Virus record (IMG/VR): IMGVR_UViG_3300031933_000215
Coordinates: 1-64,000 of that record
DNA length: 64,000 nucleotides
Reading direction: 5' to 3' (one strand)
The stretch's first letter is position 1. Each line of letters opens with the position of its first letter. The notes under the pieces are model-generated. The model had not been told where the DNA came from and ran no database searches. It saw only the letters and a program-made list of their open reading frames with translations. Below, in pieces: positions 59,562 to 64,000 of this stretch. A program made the position numbers and the translations under genes.

Positions 59562-59885
59562 ATGAGCAACGATGAGAACAAAACCCTGGACGACGCTTAC
59601 GACGCCATCCGTGCCGAGCTATTGAAACACATCGGTATGAACGGTGGGTTCATCAGCCAAGGCGCCTTGATGGCCGTCATGTTCAACGGCGACGGTGCCG
59701 TGAATGCCGCTGGCAGTCTGATCATCCAGGTTCTGGAACGGATGGTTGAGGAAGGCGATGTGATGGAGATGAAACTCAAACACAAAGCCTTGGGTGGGTT
59801 TGGTCAACCGTACTACGTGGACCACAACACCGAGATCCATTTCACCGACAACAGTCAGAAGCGTACCCAGACCCGGAGTGTTTAA
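59562..59885 (+). CDS. Hypothetical protein, possible winged-helix
   Basis: GAGGAG RBS; helix-rich N-part ending in a short beta hairpin. Confidence 0.65.
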   Translation: MSNDENKTLDDAYDAIRAELLKHIGMNGGFISQGALMAVMFNGDGAVNAAGSLIIQVLERMVEEGDVMEMKLKHKALGGFGQPYYVDHNTEIHFTDNSQKRTQTRSV

Positions 59886-59888
59886 TCA

Positions 59889-59970
59889 AAGGCACCCTTC
59901 GGGGTGCCGTCTATGCCCTTTCTTTTTTTTTTGGTCAACGACATAAAGCCCGCCCCGAAGGGCGGGTGTT
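59889..59970. terminator. Back-to-back terminators of convergent genes
   Basis: GGCACCC TTCG GGGTGCC then CTATGCCC and a T-run on +; CCCGCCC CGAA GGGCGGG then CTTTATGTCGT on -. Confidence 0.8.
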
Positions 59971-60488
59971 TAATCGTCACTGTTAGTGAAGTCCAAATCC
60001 AGTTGACGCTGCACACTGCGGTGGGTGTTCTCTTGCTGCGTGGCATCGGCTTGAGAGATGTCGTACAGCAAGTCCACGACGTACGGCGGTAGGTCCAAGA
60101 ACTCAGACAGCGACAAACCAAACTGTTTGCGGATCTGGTAATTGTAGTAACGTCGAATGTGGCTGAACAGCATGCTACCTTCCATGGCATCCTCTTTGGG
60201 ATGCATGGCCACCAACGCCAGCGGCTTGTGGGGATGGGGCTTCTCATGATCGAAGATCCCATACTCGGTTTGGTAACACGACAGGGTGATGATCTCAGCG
60301 GCCGTGGCACGGACCGCTGGGAGTTCGCGCAGCAACGCATCGATTTGGCCGGTGCTGTTTAGTTGATGCAACCCAAAGCTGGAGAACGCCACGTGCCCGT
60401 TCGCGTCGTCAAGATCGAGCGTTAGACGACTGAAACGGGCGTCCGTGTTGGTCTCCGGGTCTAGCTGTGCTTCAGGCTGACCAACGTA
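59970..60488 (-). CDS. Predicted -1 frameshift extension (gpGT-like tail assembly chaperone C-terminal part)
   Basis: The frame is open from just upstream of the T7 slippery run to the stop at 59970; no good RBS at the GTG 60392; FGLSLSEFLDLP helical motif. Confidence 0.65.
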   Translation of the reverse strand, partial: YVGQPEAQLDPETNTDARFSRLTLDLDDANGHVAFSSFGLHQLNSTGQIDALLRELPAVRATAAEIITLSCYQTEYGIFDHEKPHPHKPLALVAMHPKEDAMEGSMLFSHIRRYYNYQIRKQFGLSLSEFLDLPPYVVDLLYDISQADATQQENTHRSVQRQLDLDFTNSDD

Positions 60489-62161
60489 AAAAAAGTGGTA
60501 AGAACATCAAGGGGAACCAGATGCTCAAACCGCTCCTTAAACTTCTCAGCGACCGGGGTCTGACATTTGGGACAGTTGAACGATGGGATGGCAATCATGC
60601 TGATGAGGCTGTCGTCCATGTAACGATTCACCTCACCGAAGAACGTGTCCACGAACTCGTCGGTGGAGAAGATGTGGTTCAACGTTTCATTGATCACATC
60701 GGTGTCTTCCGACACCAGTTCTTCGTTGCCGTCCTCGTCCTTCTCGTGGATCGAGGTAACCCAATGGCTGTACTGACGGGCCGTGGTGGCCATCCCCAGA
60801 CGGGTGATGTACTGATCCCGGTTACTGCCGTGAGGTGGTTCGTTGAATGCCCCTTGGGTCATTTCGATGATACCGTTTATCCATGCCTGACCGGAGTCCT
60901 CATACTCCTGAATGCTTGGGACTTTCAGGGTCACCCCCAACTCGCCAAACCAGACCAGTCGTTGCCCGCCCCGAGTGTGTTCGGTCAGATACAGGCGCTG
61001 CTCATCGTCGGTCATCTTGGTGAATTTCCGAGCCATCAGTTTCTTCTGACCTTGGGTCAGTGAGGTACTGTCGGTCCAGTACAGGCGGTTGAGGTTCAGT
61101 GTTTCCTTAGTGACGTGTTGGCACTTCTCCACATCTGCCAGACACGGATGGGCATATGGGAACCCTTTCGGGTACAACGTCACCGCCAAACCCCAGAGTA
61201 CCATGGGGGCGTCCAACAACAGGATCTTTTCCTTCAGGTCACTTGGCGTTGTGTAATGCACGTTGCTGTCAATGACATACTGGAGTGCGAAGTCCAGTGC
61301 TGCCGACATCAACACCTGGGCGGTGTTGGAGAACGCCATGCCCTTACTGTCCGCACCCAGCGTCACCTTGATCTGCTGTAGCTCGTATTGCAAACCGGTG
61401 ATAGCTGACAGTGGTGGTGTCTTCATTCGCAGCCAAACGCCACTGTGCCACAGCGGCACATCAAATACGGTACCCACACCGGCTCGCCGAGCCAGGTAGG
61501 TCATGGTCTCCTCGCGACTGTGGTGGGTACCACCCAACTTCTGTTTGGGTTGACCCGGACGCAAGCCTTGACCTTCGTGATCCAGGATCTGTTGCCAGTC
61601 ACTACCTTCCCGTGCCAGACTGTTCTCGCCAAATCCGTTGAGTTGGGCGTAGGTCAGTGCGTTCATCGCCGTACGGAACCAAGCATTGCCTTCGTTGTCC
61701 GCAACCTCCCGGCCTTGCTTGGTGGCTTTCCTCTCCAGTTCCTCTTCCCGCGCGTTAATGTTTTCCAACATAGTCGTGGAACGGTCGAGAACCTGACTTA
61801 CCGTGCTGTAAGCTTCCCGGAAGACAGTCAGGATGTCAGTCAGCGCCGGGTCGGTAGTCAATTCCCCAGTAGTTTTCAGTTTCTCTTCAAACTGGTGGTA
61901 CGGCTGGTCGGGCACGAACGCATCGGTGGCCTCATCTTCGGGCTCTTCGTCACCCTCATTGCTGGGGTCGTTCCCGGTATCGGCTTCGCCTTCCTCGGTG
62001 GTTTCCTGTGTTGGGTGGTCGTGGTCTTCAGGCTCGGTGTTCAGAGCCATGTCTTCAGGCTCCGGCTCGCCGAACCGCCCCTGAAACTCTTCGGGAGTGG
62101 GTTGGGTATCGGACGACTCGTTGTTGACGTTCGGATTTTCGTTAGAATCGTTCTGATCCAT
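60461..62161 (-). CDS. Conserved phiKZ-like protein, probable tail/baseplate assembly chaperone (gpG-like)
   Basis: Acidic disordered N-terminus, C-terminal CPKC, and a slippery site 8 codons before the stop. Confidence 0.6.
   Translation of the reverse strand: MDQNDSNENPNVNNESSDTQPTPEEFQGRFGEPEPEDMALNTEPEDHDHPTQETTEEGEADTGNDPSNEGDEEPEDEATDAFVPDQPYHQFEEKLKTTGELTTDPALTDILTVFREAYSTVSQVLDRSTTMLENINAREEELERKATKQGREVADNEGNAWFRTAMNALTYAQLNGFGENSLAREGSDWQQILDHEGQGLRPGQPKQKLGGTHHSREETMTYLARRAGVGTVFDVPLWHSGVWLRMKTPPLSAITGLQYELQQIKVTLGADSKGMAFSNTAQVLMSAALDFALQYVIDSNVHYTTPSDLKEKILLLDAPMVLWGLAVTLYPKGFPYAHPCLADVEKCQHVTKETLNLNRLYWTDSTSLTQGQKKLMARKFTKMTDDEQRLYLTEHTRGGQRLVWFGELGVTLKVPSIQEYEDSGQAWINGIIEMTQGAFNEPPHGSNRDQYITRLGMATTARQYSHWVTSIHEKDEDGNEELVSEDTDVINETLNHIFSTDEFVDTFFGEVNRYMDDSLISMIAIPSFNCPKCQTPVAEKFKERFEHLVPLDVLTTFFTLVSLKHS
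60488..60494 (-). other. Predicted -1 ribosomal slippery heptamer T TTT TTT
   Basis: ACT TTT TTT in the reading frame of 60461..62161, followed after 5 nt by a bulged hairpin. Confidence 0.65.
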
Positions 62162-62163
62162 TG

Positions 62164-62676
62164 TTAAGCCTCTTCCGTTGCAGGGGTGAGTTCCAGCATG
62201 TCACCGTGTTGCTCACGAATGACTTCAATCAGTGAAAGAATCAGCGGGGCAATAACCGTTTCGAAATGCGTTTCCAGGTTACTATATTCCATGCTGATTG
62301 AGAACATCACCGGCCAATCTTTCTCAGGCGGTACGCCCGAACGCCCTGCGTGTTTCTGATGGAGCGCGTCCAGGTTTTCTTTGTACTGTTTGATGTCACC
62401 AAGCAGTGTGTTGAAGCAACGAGAGAAACCGTCGGGGTCGTCCAGCTTCTCTTTCAGAGTGTCGAGCTGGTTCATGACTGGCAAGGTGAATCCCTGCGTG
62501 TGCAGAAGCTTCTTGGCACATTGGTGATACATCTGGTTAAGGACTTCCCAACCGGTTTCCGACTTCAATACAGCGTCGGCAACTACGCGTTGTGTTGCCT
62601 CGATATCTTCCTTGGTCAGGTCAACATCTTGTACATCAGCCGGTGCTTCATTAAGGTTCTTTTCGTTGGAAGACAT
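62164..62676 (-). CDS. Hypothetical helical protein
   Basis: ORF ends 2 nt before the next gene start (GAGG RBS inside its end). Confidence 0.65.
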   Translation of the reverse strand: MSSNEKNLNEAPADVQDVDLTKEDIEATQRVVADAVLKSETGWEVLNQMYHQCAKKLLHTQGFTLPVMNQLDTLKEKLDDPDGFSRCFNTLLGDIKQYKENLDALHQKHAGRSGVPPEKDWPVMFSISMEYSNLETHFETVIAPLILSLIEVIREQHGDMLELTPATEEA

Positions 62677-62845
62677 AAAGCGTTATAACTCCGTTATTAT
62701 GAAATCGTGATAAGCCGAGCGGGTGGTGAGACGTCATTCTCGTCATATATTAGCTGCCCCAAGTAGTTTAACCCACATTTAAGTACCACGGGATTTCGTA
62801 ACAGTATGTTAAAACTCATTCCCAAACCGACCCGAGGCTGTTGTC

Positions 62846-63697
62846 ATGTACGAAGAAATACAGGTGGGGCTAGATGGCGTCGTTACGCCCGAACGCATGG
62901 ATGTGCTTCTCGAAACTTACCGTCAATTGACCAAATCAGGATTGGACGCATTGAACGATGAGTTGATTGGCATTTTTAACATGCAAGACGGTATCGCCGA
63001 TAACGCCATGTTTGCCAGTCGGGTGGAAGATTGTCTGATGATCGGGGCAATCGAGGTTCTGCGGACACACGGCATTACCGTGAACCCACAAACCGCCGAA
63101 ATGACAACATTGACCGACACGATCCAGACACTGAATGACTTCGAGCACTACATTGTTCCGGAGGTGTTGGTTGGTCTGGTGGGTCCGGATGAAGAACCCG
63201 ACTTGGCACTGGCGTCGGTCGTTGCTTTGTTTACCGACAGCACTGAGGACGACGTGATTAATGCGGTGGACGCGGTGGAGACCTCGGTCATCGAACGAAT
63301 GCGGGCCGTGGCGGAACGCCAAATGGAATACGAGGCGGAGGCGCAGTCGGTCCCGCCAGACCACAACGAACGGATCGGTCACATCAACACATTGATTCGT
63401 CAGTACGAAGGGCGTCACCCAGCGATCGTAATGGAGATGGCCGAACATGGTATCCCCAGTGGTCAGCGACTGAACAACTTGTTTGAGCAGGTCTTTGAAC
63501 AGATCGACGGATACACCCCCAAAGAGCTGGGGGTTGAGTTCCTCGGGCTGGTACTGTACAGCGACACCCCCTTGTCCGACGTGTATGAAGTTGCCAGCGG
63601 GTTGCCCCAAGAATTCACCGACAGTCATTCAGAACAGTACCGCATCGGTCATGCTCTGGATCAGGCGTTCTCGTATATTAAAGGTGGCTCGTTATGA
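62846..63697 (+). CDS. Hypothetical acidic protein
   Basis: GAGG RBS; divergent from the previous block. Confidence 0.7.
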   Translation: MYEEIQVGLDGVVTPERMDVLLETYRQLTKSGLDALNDELIGIFNMQDGIADNAMFASRVEDCLMIGAIEVLRTHGITVNPQTAEMTTLTDTIQTLNDFEHYIVPEVLVGLVGPDEEPDLALASVVALFTDSTEDDVINAVDAVETSVIERMRAVAERQMEYEAEAQSVPPDHNERIGHINTLIRQYEGRHPAIVMEMAEHGIPSGQRLNNLFEQVFEQIDGYTPKELGVEFLGLVLYSDTPLSDVYEVASGLPQEFTDSHSEQYRIGHALDQAFSYIKGGSL

Positions 63698-64000
63698 ACA
63701 AACGGGAATACTTTTTCACCGCCCTGAAAGCCGGGGCCTGCAAAAAGCGGGCCTGGGTGAACAGTGTGTTTGCGGTGGTTGAAGACGAACAGTACCCCAC
63801 ACAACCTTTCCCGTACCAGTTGGTGCGGTTACCGGAACACGACCGGTTGATGTTTGCCGACCCCGAACAAGACATGGACTGGGTAACCATTGAGGACAGC
63901 GATCGGGAGACCGCGCTTTGTGCGTTCAAAGAAAAGGTAACCTTGAACCCGGGCGAGTTGGCCAACTTCCAGGGTGAGGAACCGATCGTTACCGCGTACG
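63694..64000 (+). CDS. 5' part of a gene running off the window, probably a virion RNAP beta'-family subunit (phiKZ gp80-like by position)
   Basis: ATG overlaps the previous TGA; open to the window end (MNKREYFFTALKAG...). Function inferred from synteny only. Confidence 0.45.
   Translation, partial: MNKREYFFTALKAGACKKRAWVNSVFAVVEDEQYPTQPFPYQLVRLPEHDRLMFADPEQDMDWVTIEDSDRETALCAFKEKVTLNPGELANFQGEEPIVTAY

Noticed and set aside
1-64000. CRISPR array, retron or diversity-generating retroelement, IS elements, rRNA
   Set aside because: No regularly spaced direct repeats, reverse transcriptase motifs, transposase motifs or rRNA-like sequence were seen.

Overview
This window is part of a nucleus-forming jumbo phage genome (phiKZ-like, Chimalliviridae). 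The identification rests on protein motifs and on gene order recalled for phiKZ; no database search was run, so gp-number equivalences are from memory. From left to right it contains: a split class II (B12-dependent) ribonucleotide reductase nrdJa/nrdJb; a DHH phosphoesterase; terminase large subunit; baseplate-region structural genes; tail sheath and tube; an HD-domain protein; a hairpin-rich non-coding stretch; a phuZ tubulin gene broken by an N-terminal deletion and frameshift; a free-standing tandem GIY-YIG endonuclease; an array of small, probably paralogous genes; family B DNA polymerase; chimallin (ChmA); and the non-virion RNA polymerase/nucleus block (beta' N-part, SbcD, ChmC-like, gp68-like, PicA-like, beta C-part, beta' C-part). 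The beta C-part gene is split by a group I intron carrying an HNH endonuclease. After that come an SF2 helicase with a class 3 LAGLIDADG intein, a pair of Cys-motif paralogs, a gene pair joined by a predicted -1 programmed frameshift (tail-assembly-chaperone-like), and the start of a probable virion RNAP subunit. The most notable observations not explained by standard annotation are: (1) the predicted -1 frameshift at 60488-60494; (2) a recurrent terminator-like hairpin followed by a conserved UAU(G/U)(C/U)CGU tail (about 18 copies); (3) the broken phuZ; (4) a hairpin that hides the ribosome-binding site of the intron HNH gene; (5) shared NP[YF] motifs in the disordered tails of nucleus proteins. 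No tRNA, rRNA or CRISPR array was seen.
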